A DNA stretch of 32,000 bases from Coprobacillaceae bacterium (GTDB lineage: Bacteria; Bacillota_I; Bacilli_A; Erysipelotrichales; Coprobacillaceae): positions 30,001-62,000 of the forward strand of contig OY780959.1 of assembly GCA_963675915.1 (NCBI GenBank). Direction: 5' to 3'. The position numbers were made by a program, and so were the translations under genes. Positions 15,629 to 25,513 of the stretch are shown here, piece after piece; within the stretch, counting starts at the first letter, position 1, and the number at the start of each line of letters is the position of its first letter. The notes under the pieces were generated by a model. The model saw only the letters and a list, made by a program, of their open reading frames with translations. It had not been told where the DNA came from and ran no database searches.

Positions 15629-17110
15629 ATGTATGCAGCAACTAAAGGTTTAATGCAAAAATATGATCAGACATTGATCAAATCAGGTTATAATATCGAA
15701 CAATTGGTCGATTTGGCTAGTGATGCCATTTTGCCCCATGTTGAAGAATATCAGTCGTATGCTATTTTGGTTGGTCCGGGCAATAATGGAGCAGATGCTC
15801 TGAGTTTGGGAATCAAACTGGCTAATAAGAACAAGGAAGTCAATTTCTACTTGATGACCGAAAGCGAACACCGTTTGGCGACCAACCGTCATTTTCTAAA
15901 ACAGGTCCGTCAAATCGGACTGAGCAGTCAGGTGGTCAACCGAGGCAATATCAATGACGTCAAGGAATCACTTGGTCTATATGATGTGATTATTGACGGT
16001 ATTTTCGGATTTGGACTCTCCCGCAAATTGGAGGGAACAATCGAGAAATTGGTTGGCTATATCAATGGCAAAATTGAAAATCCGGTTATCGCAATTGATA
16101 TTCCCAGCGGTCTTTTCTGTAATTTCTATAATCATGGCGATCCGATTTTAAAAGCTCAAAAGACAGTCAGTCTGACGGCCTTGAAACAGTCGTTTCTCGA
16201 TCGTGAAGTATGTAAATACACCGGCAAGATTGTGGTTGCGAATCTGGCAACCGAGCAGCTTCATGACCAACTTCGCTTTCCAGAATTGATTGGTTCCCAG
16301 GAAGTGGTCGATTCGCTTAAAATCCGTCATAATGATGATTACAAACATAAAAACGGCCGCGTAATTCATCTAACTGGTTGTGCCAAATATCGCGGCGCTG
16401 CGGTTCTTGCAGCCAAAGGCAGTGTCTACAGCGGTAGTGGAATTGTGGCTGTTTCCAGTTGTGAAGAAGTTGAAAATGCCTTAGCGGCAAACTGCAGTGA
16501 AGTCATTTTTCATCGGATGACCAACCATGTCGATGCCAAGATGCTTGAAAACTATCAGGCGATTCTGGTCGGCAGCGGGCTGGGCATCTCGTTCGATTCG
16601 ATCAATGTCCTGTTTGACACCTTGGCCAGTGCCCAGGTACCGGTTGTTGTCGATGGTGACGGGCTAACAATTCTGGCCCAGCGCAAGGAGGAAATGTTGA
16701 AATTTCGCGAACCCTTGATTCTGACTCCGCATTTGGGTGAGTTCAAGCGGTTCTGCAAAGTCGAGGATGACTGTGAAATCAGTGATGTTGCTATCGAATT
16801 CGCTGAAAAATTTGGAGTGGTTCTGGTTTTAAAAGGACCCAATACGATTGTTACTGACGGAAAAAGGATTTTCCGCAATATCACCGGATCAAGGGAAATG
16901 GCGACCGCCGGAAGCGGAGATGTCCTGGCCGGAGTGATTACCTCATTTTTAGGACAGGGATATGATCCCCTGGTAGCGGCGACAATCGGAGTATATTTCC
17001 ATGGCTTGGCCGGACAGAGAATCGGGCATAAGAGTTATGTAGCCCTGCCTTCGAGGGTGGTTGAGGAATTACCGTTGGTATTGAAGGAATTTGAAAATCT
17101 CAAGAAATAA
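15629..17110 (+). CDS. nnr: Bifunctional NAD(P)H-hydrate repair enzyme (epimerase / ADP-dependent dehydratase)
   Basis: YjeF-N motif GPGNNGADAL and a C-terminal carbohydrate-kinase-like domain with GSGDVLAG. GAGGTGA lies before ATG 15629. Confidence 0.9.
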   Translation: MYAATKGLMQKYDQTLIKSGYNIEQLVDLASDAILPHVEEYQSYAILVGPGNNGADALSLGIKLANKNKEVNFYLMTESEHRLATNRHFLKQVRQIGLSSQVVNRGNINDVKESLGLYDVIIDGIFGFGLSRKLEGTIEKLVGYINGKIENPVIAIDIPSGLFCNFYNHGDPILKAQKTVSLTALKQSFLDREVCKYTGKIVVANLATEQLHDQLRFPELIGSQEVVDSLKIRHNDDYKHKNGRVIHLTGCAKYRGAAVLAAKGSVYSGSGIVAVSSCEEVENALAANCSEVIFHRMTNHVDAKMLENYQAILVGSGLGISFDSINVLFDTLASAQVPVVVDGDGLTILAQRKEEMLKFREPLILTPHLGEFKRFCKVEDDCEISDVAIEFAEKFGVVLVLKGPNTIVTDGKRIFRNITGSREMATAGSGDVLAGVITSFLGQGYDPLVAATIGVYFHGLAGQRIGHKSYVALPSRVVEELPLVLKEFENLKK

Positions 17111-17148
17111 AAAATGCCCCGTTTATTTTAACGGGGTAGTGTTTTTTA
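17110..17148. terminator. Shared terminator of convergent nnr and pgeF
   Basis: CCCCGTT-TATTTT-AACGGGG, flanked by AAAAA upstream and TTTTTT downstream. Confidence 0.7.
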
Positions 17149-17877
17149 TCTGAATTTGACCAGGGTCACGTTGCGGGTTCCGTCCTTGTTCATCCGATGG
17201 GATGAGAACTGGTCATTGTCGTCAAACGTGTCCAAGGTGGTTACTGTAATATTTTCTACCGGAACACCATGGTTGATCAATTGGCGGGCGTTAAGGCCTT
17301 TGTTGTCAATCAGATAGTGGATTTCATCAATCTTGCGGATATAATCGCTGGTGTCAAAATCTATCTGCTTGACCTGGTCCACAACATCCTGCATTACTTC
17401 AAGATGATGGAACGAGAGGCTGGGCCCGACAAAAGCGCGAATCAGAGTCGGATCGACCTGATAATCGCTGACAAGCGTGACCATCACCTTGGATGTTATC
17501 TGGGTGACAGTGCCTTTCCAGCCCGAATGGATTGACGCGATTATTTTCTTGTCAGGACAATAGATGATGACTGGGGTGCAATCAGCATGAAAGGAAAGCA
17601 AAACCAGGTCATCTTGGCTGATCAGCGCATCGATTCCTTCCAATTTTCCGGTTCTGCAGGAAATATTGGTTCCTCCGTCACTCAGGAATACTTCCTTGAT
17701 GTTGGTGGTGTGTTTTTGAACCGGGGCAACCAACCGCATGACTGGAACTGCAAGTTCGTCTGCCAAAGCCTGATAATTGTTCAAATGGGATTCTTCGAGA
17801 TGAACCGATCCCAAAGCCTTGGTGGTCGTGGCCACAATGATATCCGGGTGGATATCGAAATATCTAATTTTTTCCAT
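17146..17877 (-). CDS. pgeF: YfiH/PgeF-family (laccase-domain, purine nucleoside phosphorylase-like) protein
   Basis: HADC...HSGWKG motifs typical of the DUF152/YfiH family. AAGGAA sits 8 nt before ATG 17877. The TTG at 17913 has no SD. Confidence 0.8.
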   Translation of the reverse strand: MEKIRYFDIHPDIIVATTTKALGSVHLEESHLNNYQALADELAVPVMRLVAPVQKHTTNIKEVFLSDGGTNISCRTGKLEGIDALISQDDLVLLSFHADCTPVIIYCPDKKIIASIHSGWKGTVTQITSKVMVTLVSDYQVDPTLIRAFVGPSLSFHHLEVMQDVVDQVKQIDFDTSDYIRKIDEIHYLIDNKGLNARQLINHGVPVENITVTTLDTFDDNDQFSSHRMNKDGTRNVTLVKFR

Positions 17878-19510
17878 TTTCAAATTCCTTGACTTGTTGT
17901 TCGTCCGGGTCAATGTAGATTGTCTTGTAGCTTGACAGAATTACTTTTCCTGGTTTGGCTCCGCTTGGTTTTTTCAGGTTCTTGACCAGGCAGTAATTTA
18001 CCGGAACCGATGAAGAGTTGCGAGCTTTTGAATAATAAGCAGCCAGATTCGCGGCCAATCGGATCGTATATTCGTCTAATTCGTCACTTCTGACAATGAT
18101 GTGGGATCCCGGGATGTCTTTGACATGGAACCAGTGGTCAAAGCGAGAAGCGTATTTGAAAGTGAGATAGTCGTTTTGAAGATTGTTCTTTCCGATATTG
18201 ATTTCAATCCCGTCCTTGGTAAAGTGGGTTGAAAACTGGGGACGCTTGCTTTTGGATTTGCCTTTTTTGCGGTTCTTGCTTTTAAGATAACCGAGATTTT
18301 CAAGTTCTTCCTTGATCTCCAGGGCATCAGTATAGGAAGCGTTGGCCAACAGCGTTTTGACACTGTCGAAGTATTCGATTTCATTTTCGGTCAGTTCAAT
18401 TTGTTCGACCAGATGGGCTTTGGCGTTCTTGGCCTTTTGATATCGGTTGTAATATTTCTGACCATTGCCGCGGGCATCCAGTTTGGGGTCGAGCTTGACC
18501 TTGATTTTTTCATTAGTGTAGTAGTTGTCGAGTTCCGCTGACTCCATTCCTTTATGGATCAGATGCATAGAACTGTATATCAAATCACCGATGATGCGGT
18601 ACTCGTCGGCATTCTTGCTGTCCTCGAGTTCTTGTTTCAATTTGGCTAGCTTGGTCTCGTTTTTAGTGTATTCGCTGCTGACAAAACGTTCAAGATTGGC
18701 GGTCTGTTGTTTGATTCTTTCCTTTTCGTCGATAAACCCAAAATGTTCATCCAATCCGTCAGTCAGGCTGTATTCGTGATGTTCATCACTGACTGTACGC
18801 AACGGGATGACATGGAAATATTCCTTGCCATCAGCCTTGGAAATATAGATTGAACGGGAATCGTTGATATTTCCAATCACCTCTTCGAAAGTCTCACCAT
18901 GGTCAAGCCGATAGAGAACCTCACGAGACAGCTCCGGAGAAAACCCGGAATACGTTTTGGTCAGGTTATTGCTTTCGACATAACCTTCTTTGAAAGGGTC
19001 GAGTTTGCTTTGCATCGGAGGCAGCTGATAGGTTGCCCCAGGTTGGAGAAAACGAGTTGTATTCATCGAAGGAGAAATCCTTTTGATACAATCAATAATC
19101 TTGTTGTTTTGGTCACAAAGCGAGATATTCGAGTGTCTGCCCATGATTTCAATATAAAGATTGAAGGCTACTTTGTCACCGAGTTCGTTGAAGGCGGTGA
19201 ATTCCAGCCGGGCAATCCGGTCGAGACCGACCTGTTCGATTTTGGTCAGGTACCCACCTTCAAGATGCTTTCTAAAAAGCATTGTCATATGACTGGGGGT
19301 CTGCGGCGTCGGAAAATCCAAATTTGTCAGCTGGATCCGTGCATACATCGGGTGGGCTGAAATCAGCAGTTTGTGGTTCTCCCGATTGGCTCTGACCGTC
19401 ATTAATAATTCATAATTTGAGATCTGGTAGATCCGGTTGATCCGGCCACCTAGAAGTGTTTCATTTATTTGTTTGATGATTCGACTCATCATAATTCCAT
19501 CATATACCAT
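17864..19510 (-). CDS. rqcH: RqcH / FbpA (NFACT-family ribosome quality control protein)
   Basis: 548 aa. The N-terminus VYDGIMM...INETLLGGRINRIYQ...ELLMTVR...LLISAHPMYARIQLT is classic NFACT-N. It has a coiled-coil middle region and a C-terminal DUF814-like WFHVKDIPGSHIIV. Confidence 0.92.
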   Translation of the reverse strand: MVYDGIMMSRIIKQINETLLGGRINRIYQISNYELLMTVRANRENHKLLISAHPMYARIQLTNLDFPTPQTPSHMTMLFRKHLEGGYLTKIEQVGLDRIARLEFTAFNELGDKVAFNLYIEIMGRHSNISLCDQNNKIIDCIKRISPSMNTTRFLQPGATYQLPPMQSKLDPFKEGYVESNNLTKTYSGFSPELSREVLYRLDHGETFEEVIGNINDSRSIYISKADGKEYFHVIPLRTVSDEHHEYSLTDGLDEHFGFIDEKERIKQQTANLERFVSSEYTKNETKLAKLKQELEDSKNADEYRIIGDLIYSSMHLIHKGMESAELDNYYTNEKIKVKLDPKLDARGNGQKYYNRYQKAKNAKAHLVEQIELTENEIEYFDSVKTLLANASYTDALEIKEELENLGYLKSKNRKKGKSKSKRPQFSTHFTKDGIEINIGKNNLQNDYLTFKYASRFDHWFHVKDIPGSHIIVRSDELDEYTIRLAANLAAYYSKARNSSSVPVNYCLVKNLKKPSGAKPGKVILSSYKTIYIDPDEQQVKEFENGKN

Positions 19511-19629
19511 ATTTTATCACCATAAAGAGTATATCATAGCCGGGACGGAAAAGAAATAAAGATAACGGCAGCTGTTGATTAAAACCAATTGGCAATTTCA
19601 AGCCAGCCCAGGATATCCGGGAAAAATAA

Positions 19630-19658
19630 TTGACAACAATTGGTAAATTGGTTAAAAT
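19630..19658 (+). promoter_or_regulatory. Sigma-A promoter of the gmk-priA... cluster
   Basis: TTGACA (19630-19635), 17 nt, TAAAAT (19653-19658). Confidence 0.55.
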
Positions 19659-19683
19659 GAGTTCAATAAAGGAGTGTAAATAC

Positions 19684-20241
19684 ATGAGTGGAAAGTTAAT
19701 AATTTTAAGTGGCCCTAGCGGGGTAGGTAAAGGTACTGTACGTGCGAAACTGTTTGAGAACGAAGAATTGAATCTTGGTTATTCGATTTCAATGACAACA
19801 AGAAAAGCTCGTCCTTGTGAACAAGATGGCGTTGATTATTTTTTCGTTACCAATGAGGAATTCGATCAAAAGGTTGCCGATGGGGAAATGCTTGAATGGG
19901 CTGAATTTGTGGGTAACAAATACGGAACTCCAAAAGCTTATGTAGATTCACTTCTTAACAAAGGAATAAATGTCTTACTGGAAATTGAAGTTCAAGGGGC
20001 GCTTCAGGTAATGGCTAAATGTCCTGATGCTTTGACTATCTTCCTGGTACCGCCAAGTCTTGAAGAATTGGAAAATCGAATCAGGGGCAGAAGAACTGAA
20101 GAAGAGTCGGTTGTCCAAGCCCGCCTTTCAAAAGCGGCCAAAGAATTGGCAACAAAAGATGAATATAAATATGTAGTCGTTAATAATACTGTTGAAGAGG
20201 CTGCAAAGGAAATTGAAGAAATTTTAAAAAAACAAGGGTAA
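19684..20241 (+). CDS. gmk: Guanylate kinase
   Basis: LIILSGPSGVGKGTV P-loop and colinear Gmk sequence. AAGGAG lies before ATG 19684. The 19630 extension overlaps the promoter. Confidence 0.95.
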   Translation: MSGKLIILSGPSGVGKGTVRAKLFENEELNLGYSISMTTRKARPCEQDGVDYFFVTNEEFDQKVADGEMLEWAEFVGNKYGTPKAYVDSLLNKGINVLLEIEVQGALQVMAKCPDALTIFLVPPSLEELENRIRGRRTEEESVVQARLSKAAKELATKDEYKYVVVNNTVEEAAKEIEEILKKQG

Positions 20242-20280
20242 TGATATAAAATTACCTTTTTTAACTATTAGGAGAAATTT

Positions 20281-22473
20281 ATGTATCTGCTCAAAGTACT
20301 CGTCGAAATGCCGGCACTTGCTCTTGACGACGGATTTGATTATTTGTCGGAAGAGCCAATTGAAAATCGGGTTCGTGTCAAAGTGGCTTTTAACAACCGC
20401 AAAATCATGGGTTATGTCACCAAATGTGAAAAAATCAGCCAGAGCAAGGCCGAACTGGAAGCGGAATTAGGGTACAAACTCAGATACATCAGTGAAATTG
20501 TTGACTCCCAGCCGCTGGTTAATCAGGAATTGGACCAATTGGCTGTGAAAATGGCCCATTTGACTTTTTCGAGCCATATTGCCTGCCTTAATGCAATGTT
20601 GCCCCCGCAGCTAAAACCGGGAACTAACAAAAGTGTCGGCAAAAAATATCAGACTGTGATTAAAATAAAGGAACACCAGGATGTCCGGCTGACCCCGAAG
20701 CAGCTAGAGGCCTATGAGTTCCTGCAAAAAGTCCATCAGGCCCCGCTGAAAGAATGTCCTTTTTCACGTGCCGTGGCGGCCAAACTGATTGAACATGGAG
20801 TGGCTGAAAAAATCAAAGCAGAAGTTTATCGTGATGTTGATTTTTCCCGTCAAATCCCATCCCAACCACCGGTGCTGACCCTGGCGCAACAGGCGGTTGT
20901 AAGTGATATTCTGGCTAACCGGAACAAGAGTTTCACGGCGTTGATCCATGGTGTAACCGGTTCGGGAAAAACCGAAGTATACCTCAACCTGGCTGCCAAG
21001 ACCATCAGTGATAATCGTCAGGTGCTGATGTTGGTGCCGGAAATATCTCTGACGCCGATGATGGTGGCGGCTTTCAAAGGACGTTTTGGTGATCAGGTTG
21101 CCATCATCCATTCCCGTCTTTCTCAGGGGGAACGATATGACGAGTACCGCAAGATCGTCCGCAACGAGGTCAATATCGTAGTTGGGGCCCGCTCAGCGGT
21201 ATTTGCCCCGCTTGACAATATCGGTCTGATAGTTATGGATGAAGAGCATGACAGCAGCTACAAGCAGGATGCGAAAAATCCTCGCTACAACACCCGTCAG
21301 ATTGCAACAATTCGCTCGCACACCCACAATTGTCCGTTGGTCCTGGGATCAGCTACCCCATCGATCGAGTCCTATGCCCGGGCCAAAAATGGTATCTATC
21401 GGCTTTATGAGCTCAAAGAACGGATCAATCAACGCAAACTGCCGCCAATAAAACTGGTTGATATGAAAGAAGAGTTGAAAAACGGCAATTATTCGATATT
21501 TTCCCGGGAATTGGCTGATAAGATCAAAGTGCGGATTGGCGCGGGTGAACAGGTGATTTTGATGCTCAACAAGCGTGGTTATGCAACTTACCTGCAATGC
21601 CGGGATTGTGGAACCACCCTCAAATGTCCCCACTGCGATGTGACGCTGACATATCACAAGGCTCAGAACAAACTCAAATGTCATTACTGTGATTTTGAAA
21701 CATACTATCATGATGAGTGTCCCGAATGTCATGGACACAATCTAAAACAGATTGGTGAAGGAACCCAGCGGGTCGAAGAGATAATCACCGAGACATTTGA
21801 AAATGCCAAGGTGCTGCGTTTCGATGTCGACAGCACCCGCAATAAAAACGGTCACCTCAGGATTCTGGAACAATTTGCCAATCAGGAGGCCAATATTTTG
21901 CTGGGAACCCAGATGCTTTCCAAGGGACTGGATTTCGACAATGTCACCCTGGTCGGGGTTCTCAATGCCGATATCGCTCTTAATGTTCCGGATTTCCGGG
22001 CTAATGAAAGAGCCTATCAGCTGCTTGAACAAGTCTCAGGAAGGGCCGGAAGAAAAGATAAACCGGGCGAAGTTGTCATTCAGATATTCGATGTCGCTCA
22101 TCCCACTTATCAATGTGTCGCCAATCATGATTATCGGGCTTTTTTCAACATTGAAATGAAGTACCGTAAGATGGCCAACTACCCGCCTTTTATCCATATG
22201 GCCAGTGTCCTTGTCACCAGCAAAAATGAAAATTACAGCACCAGGGTGGCGGCAAATATTGCCAATTATCTGGGCAAAAGCAAGAGTTTCGAAGTCCTCG
22301 GACCGGCAAATTCCCTTATATACAAATTAAATGACCGGTACCGTAACCGGATTCTGGTCAAATTCAAAAATTCCAAGGATGTTTCCCGATATCTCCAGTC
22401 GATTGTTGACAATTATGCCAATGATCAAAAAGCGACGGTGATTGTCGATTTCAATCCTTACAATCAATTATAG
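20281..22473 (+). CDS. priA: Primosomal protein N' (replication restart helicase PriA)
   Basis: 730 aa with GVTGSGKTEVY (Walker A), DEEHD (Walker B) and the Cys-rich zinc insert CRDCG...CPHCD...CHYCD...CPEC. Confidence 0.95.
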   Translation: MYLLKVLVEMPALALDDGFDYLSEEPIENRVRVKVAFNNRKIMGYVTKCEKISQSKAELEAELGYKLRYISEIVDSQPLVNQELDQLAVKMAHLTFSSHIACLNAMLPPQLKPGTNKSVGKKYQTVIKIKEHQDVRLTPKQLEAYEFLQKVHQAPLKECPFSRAVAAKLIEHGVAEKIKAEVYRDVDFSRQIPSQPPVLTLAQQAVVSDILANRNKSFTALIHGVTGSGKTEVYLNLAAKTISDNRQVLMLVPEISLTPMMVAAFKGRFGDQVAIIHSRLSQGERYDEYRKIVRNEVNIVVGARSAVFAPLDNIGLIVMDEEHDSSYKQDAKNPRYNTRQIATIRSHTHNCPLVLGSATPSIESYARAKNGIYRLYELKERINQRKLPPIKLVDMKEELKNGNYSIFSRELADKIKVRIGAGEQVILMLNKRGYATYLQCRDCGTTLKCPHCDVTLTYHKAQNKLKCHYCDFETYYHDECPECHGHNLKQIGEGTQRVEEIITETFENAKVLRFDVDSTRNKNGHLRILEQFANQEANILLGTQMLSKGLDFDNVTLVGVLNADIALNVPDFRANERAYQLLEQVSGRAGRKDKPGEVVIQIFDVAHPTYQCVANHDYRAFFNIEMKYRKMANYPPFIHMASVLVTSKNENYSTRVAANIANYLGKSKSFEVLGPANSLIYKLNDRYRNRILVKFKNSKDVSRYLQSIVDNYANDQKATVIVDFNPYNQL

Positions 22474-22481
22474 GAGAAACT

Positions 22482-23738
22482 ATGGCAAGAAAAATAATCT
22501 TCAAGATTCTGACCAAATATTTCAATGGCGGAAGCTATGTGAATATCACTCTCAATCATGAACTTAACAACAGTGATCTTTCCCGTCAGGACAAAGATCT
22601 GGTCACTAAAATCGTATACGGAGTCATCCAGTACAAATTATATCTCGAGTTTCTGATTGCCCCGCAGCTTAAAGGTAAAAAAGTCAAGAATTTCGAAAAA
22701 ATCATTCTTTTGATGGCTGTATATCAGCTGGAAATGCTCGACAGCATTCCCGAATATGCGGTGGTCTCAAGCAGCGTCAATTTGGCGAAGGAAAAATCGT
22801 ACAATACCGGAAAATTCATCAATGCAATTCTGCACAATTACCTCAATTCGCCAAAACCAAGTCTGGAAGAACTCGATGAAGACACCCGTCTTTCGGTCGA
22901 AACGTCACATCCATTGTGGCTGGTGAAGATGTTCAATTCCCAATATGGGAAAGATACGACCAGAAGAATCATGATGGCCGACAATATGACGCCCCTAAGA
23001 ACTGCTCGGATTAACACTTTGAAAACAACCAGAAGCAAAATCCTGGAGAACCCGCAGTTCAAAGGTGGGAAACTGTCCCCTGATGCTGTTTATTTAAAAG
23101 CAGGTAATATCGCCAATACCGAAGAATATCAAACGGGACTGGTGACCATTCAGGATGAGTCGTCACAGATGGTCGGGCATGTATTGGCACCCCAACCTGG
23201 CGACAAGGTGCTTGATATGTGCTCGGCGCCGGGAAGCAAGACCAACCACTTGGCAATGCTGATGAAAAATCAGGGCGAAATTGATGCTTATGACATTTAT
23301 GACCACAAGCTCAATCTGGTAAAAGAAGCCAACGACAGGCTGGGAATCACCAATGTGAATCTTAAAAAGCAGGACGCTACAACCTTGAAAGATAACCTGG
23401 AAAAAGAGTCTTACGACAAAATTCTGCTTGATGGACCATGCAGTGGTTTAGGGGTTATGAGACGTAAACCGGAGATTCGTTACCATGACAGCTCGGTTTT
23501 GGATGAAGTGGTTCAAATACAGGAAAAATTACTGGAAAATGCATATTATTTACTAAAAAAAGGTGGTAAAATGGTATACAGTACTTGTACTTTGAATCGA
23601 AAAGAAAATGACAAGATGATTCGCAAATTTACGAAGTTGCACCCGGATATGGAAATCGAGTTTGAAAGAACGATTTTTCCCGACGAGTACTACAGTGACG
23701 GGTTCTATATTTGCAAGCTAAACAAGAGGAGTAATTAA
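22482..23738 (+). CDS. rsmB: 16S rRNA (cytosine967-C5)-methyltransferase
   Basis: N-terminal NusB-like domain, then DMCSAPGSKT, DGPCSGLGVMRRKPE and YSTCT motifs. Confidence 0.92.
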   Translation: MARKIIFKILTKYFNGGSYVNITLNHELNNSDLSRQDKDLVTKIVYGVIQYKLYLEFLIAPQLKGKKVKNFEKIILLMAVYQLEMLDSIPEYAVVSSSVNLAKEKSYNTGKFINAILHNYLNSPKPSLEELDEDTRLSVETSHPLWLVKMFNSQYGKDTTRRIMMADNMTPLRTARINTLKTTRSKILENPQFKGGKLSPDAVYLKAGNIANTEEYQTGLVTIQDESSQMVGHVLAPQPGDKVLDMCSAPGSKTNHLAMLMKNQGEIDAYDIYDHKLNLVKEANDRLGITNVNLKKQDATTLKDNLEKESYDKILLDGPCSGLGVMRRKPEIRYHDSSVLDEVVQIQEKLLENAYYLLKKGGKMVYSTCTLNRKENDKMIRKFTKLHPDMEIEFERTIFPDEYYSDGFYICKLNKRSN

Positions 23739-24766
23739 TGAAACTAATATATGATTTTACCTTGGAGAAAATGCAAGAGTATTTTAAAGAGATAAACCAG
23801 AAGCCATTTAGAGCAAAGCAGCTTTTCAATTGGCTCTATACCAAAAAAGTTGACAATTTCGAAGATATGACGGTAATTGCCAAAGATCTTCGCCTGGAAT
23901 TGGCTGATAAATTCGTCATTGACGGAATGAAGATTGCCGATAAGCAGATTGCCAAGGACGGAACGGTCAAATACCTGTTCGAGTTGCTTGATGGCAACCT
24001 GATTGAAACAGTCCTGATGATTCATGATTATGGAATGAGTCTTTGTGTCACCAGCCAGGTTGGCTGCAACATGGGATGCAAATTCTGTGCCAGCGGACTG
24101 CTCAAGAAAGTCCGCGATCTGACCCCAGGAGAAATGGTTGGACAGATCATGAAGGTCGAGAGCGACCTGGACATCCGGGTTTCCCATGTCGTGGTGATGG
24201 GAACCGGGGAACCTTTTGACAACTATGACAATGTAATGGATTTTGTCCGCATCATCAACAATCCCGCGGGATTGGCGATTGGAGCGAGACATATCACAAT
24301 CTCGACTTGCGGTCTGGTACCGGCAATTAAAAGATACGCCGATGAAGGAATCCAAACCAATCTGGCAATCTCGTTGCATGCATCGAATGATGATGTCCGC
24401 GACAAGCTGATGCCAATCAACCGTACCTACAATATGGATACACTTCGTGATGCTGTGGCTGAATACATTGACAAGACTAACCGTCGGGTTACTTTCGAAT
24501 ATATTCTTTTGGCTGGAATTAATGACGACATTACCCACGCCCGCCAGTTGGCCCACTATTTGCGTGGTCTCAATGCTTATGTGAATCTGATTCCATACAA
24601 CAGTGTCGATGAAAATGGTTATGCGCCTACTTCAAGCGACCAGATTGCCATTTTCAAAGCCGAACTGCTCCGTTTGCATATCAATACAACCCAGAGAAAA
24701 GAACACGGACGTGATATCGATGGGGCGTGCGGGCAGCTACGGGCTAAGAAAAAGGGAGTTTTATAG
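23738..24766 (+). CDS. rlmN: 23S rRNA/tRNA (adenine-C2)-methyltransferase, radical SAM
   Basis: CNMGCKFC radical-SAM cluster motif, MGTGEP and a C-terminal GACGQL. The start overlaps the rsmB stop (TAATG). Confidence 0.95.
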   Translation: MKLIYDFTLEKMQEYFKEINQKPFRAKQLFNWLYTKKVDNFEDMTVIAKDLRLELADKFVIDGMKIADKQIAKDGTVKYLFELLDGNLIETVLMIHDYGMSLCVTSQVGCNMGCKFCASGLLKKVRDLTPGEMVGQIMKVESDLDIRVSHVVVMGTGEPFDNYDNVMDFVRIINNPAGLAIGARHITISTCGLVPAIKRYADEGIQTNLAISLHASNDDVRDKLMPINRTYNMDTLRDAVAEYIDKTNRRVTFEYILLAGINDDITHARQLAHYLRGLNAYVNLIPYNSVDENGYAPTSSDQIAIFKAELLRLHINTTQRKEHGRDIDGACGQLRAKKKGVL

Positions 24767-24769
24767 CCA

Positions 24770-25513
24770 ATGAATTATTATGGGAAAACTGATCGGGGTA
24801 TAGTCAGGGAACAAAATCAGGATTGCATTTATTATGACGCAAATGGCAAGGAACAGGTGATTGCAATTGTTGCAGATGGCATGGGCGGCCATAAAGCCGG
24901 GGAAATCGCATCTAAAGTTGTAATCAATTATATTTCAAATTACTTTTCATGCACTCCGGCATTCACTTCACAGCAGGAGACGCTTCAGTTCATCAATGAT
25001 GCTATTTTCAAAAGCGATGAGATGGTCAAGAAGATGGCCATGAAAAGCAAAGAACATGAGGGGATGGGGACGACTCTTGTCGTTGCTGTTGTAATCAACA
25101 ACTCAATCTACATTTCCCATGTCGGGGATTCCCGGGCATATCTTTTTGATGGGAAAACTTTGGAGCAGGTTACCGTTGATCATACTTTGGTCAATGAATT
25201 GGTCAGAACCGGAACCATTACTCCAGAAGAGGCAGTCAACCATTCGAAAAAACATGTATTGTATCAGGCAATTGGAGCCAGTGAAAAAATAGAACCATCT
25301 TTTGGAGAGTTCGATTTCTACAACAAACTGTGTCTGTTGTGCTCTGATGGGCTTTACAATTGTCTAAGCGAATCGCAAATAATCGAAATATTGAAATCAG
25401 ACGCCAAGTTGACCGACAAGGTTGATTTGATGGTCGACAAAGCCAATCAAAATGGCGGATACGATAACATTTCAGTATGCGTAATTGATAATTTGGAGGG
25501 ATATCATGGCTAG
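24770..25513 (+). CDS. prpC: PP2C-family Ser/Thr protein phosphatase (Stp/PrpC)
   Basis: RE.NQD, VADGMGGH and CSDGL motifs, in the conserved position upstream of the PASTA kinase. Confidence 0.92.
   Translation: MNYYGKTDRGIVREQNQDCIYYDANGKEQVIAIVADGMGGHKAGEIASKVVINYISNYFSCTPAFTSQQETLQFINDAIFKSDEMVKKMAMKSKEHEGMGTTLVVAVVINNSIYISHVGDSRAYLFDGKTLEQVTVDHTLVNELVRTGTITPEEAVNHSKKHVLYQAIGASEKIEPSFGEFDFYNKLCLLCSDGLYNCLSESQIIEILKSDAKLTDKVDLMVDKANQNGGYDNISVCVIDNLEGYHG

Noticed and set aside
23744-24556. 270-aa ORF antisense to rlmN
   Set aside because: It is fully embedded opposite a highly conserved radical-SAM gene. It has no SD, no recognisable motifs and a low-complexity composition typical of shadow ORFs. 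The same reasoning applies to 28957-29514, 5821-6213, 11913-12326, 12813-13190, 18899-19360 and 21349-21738.
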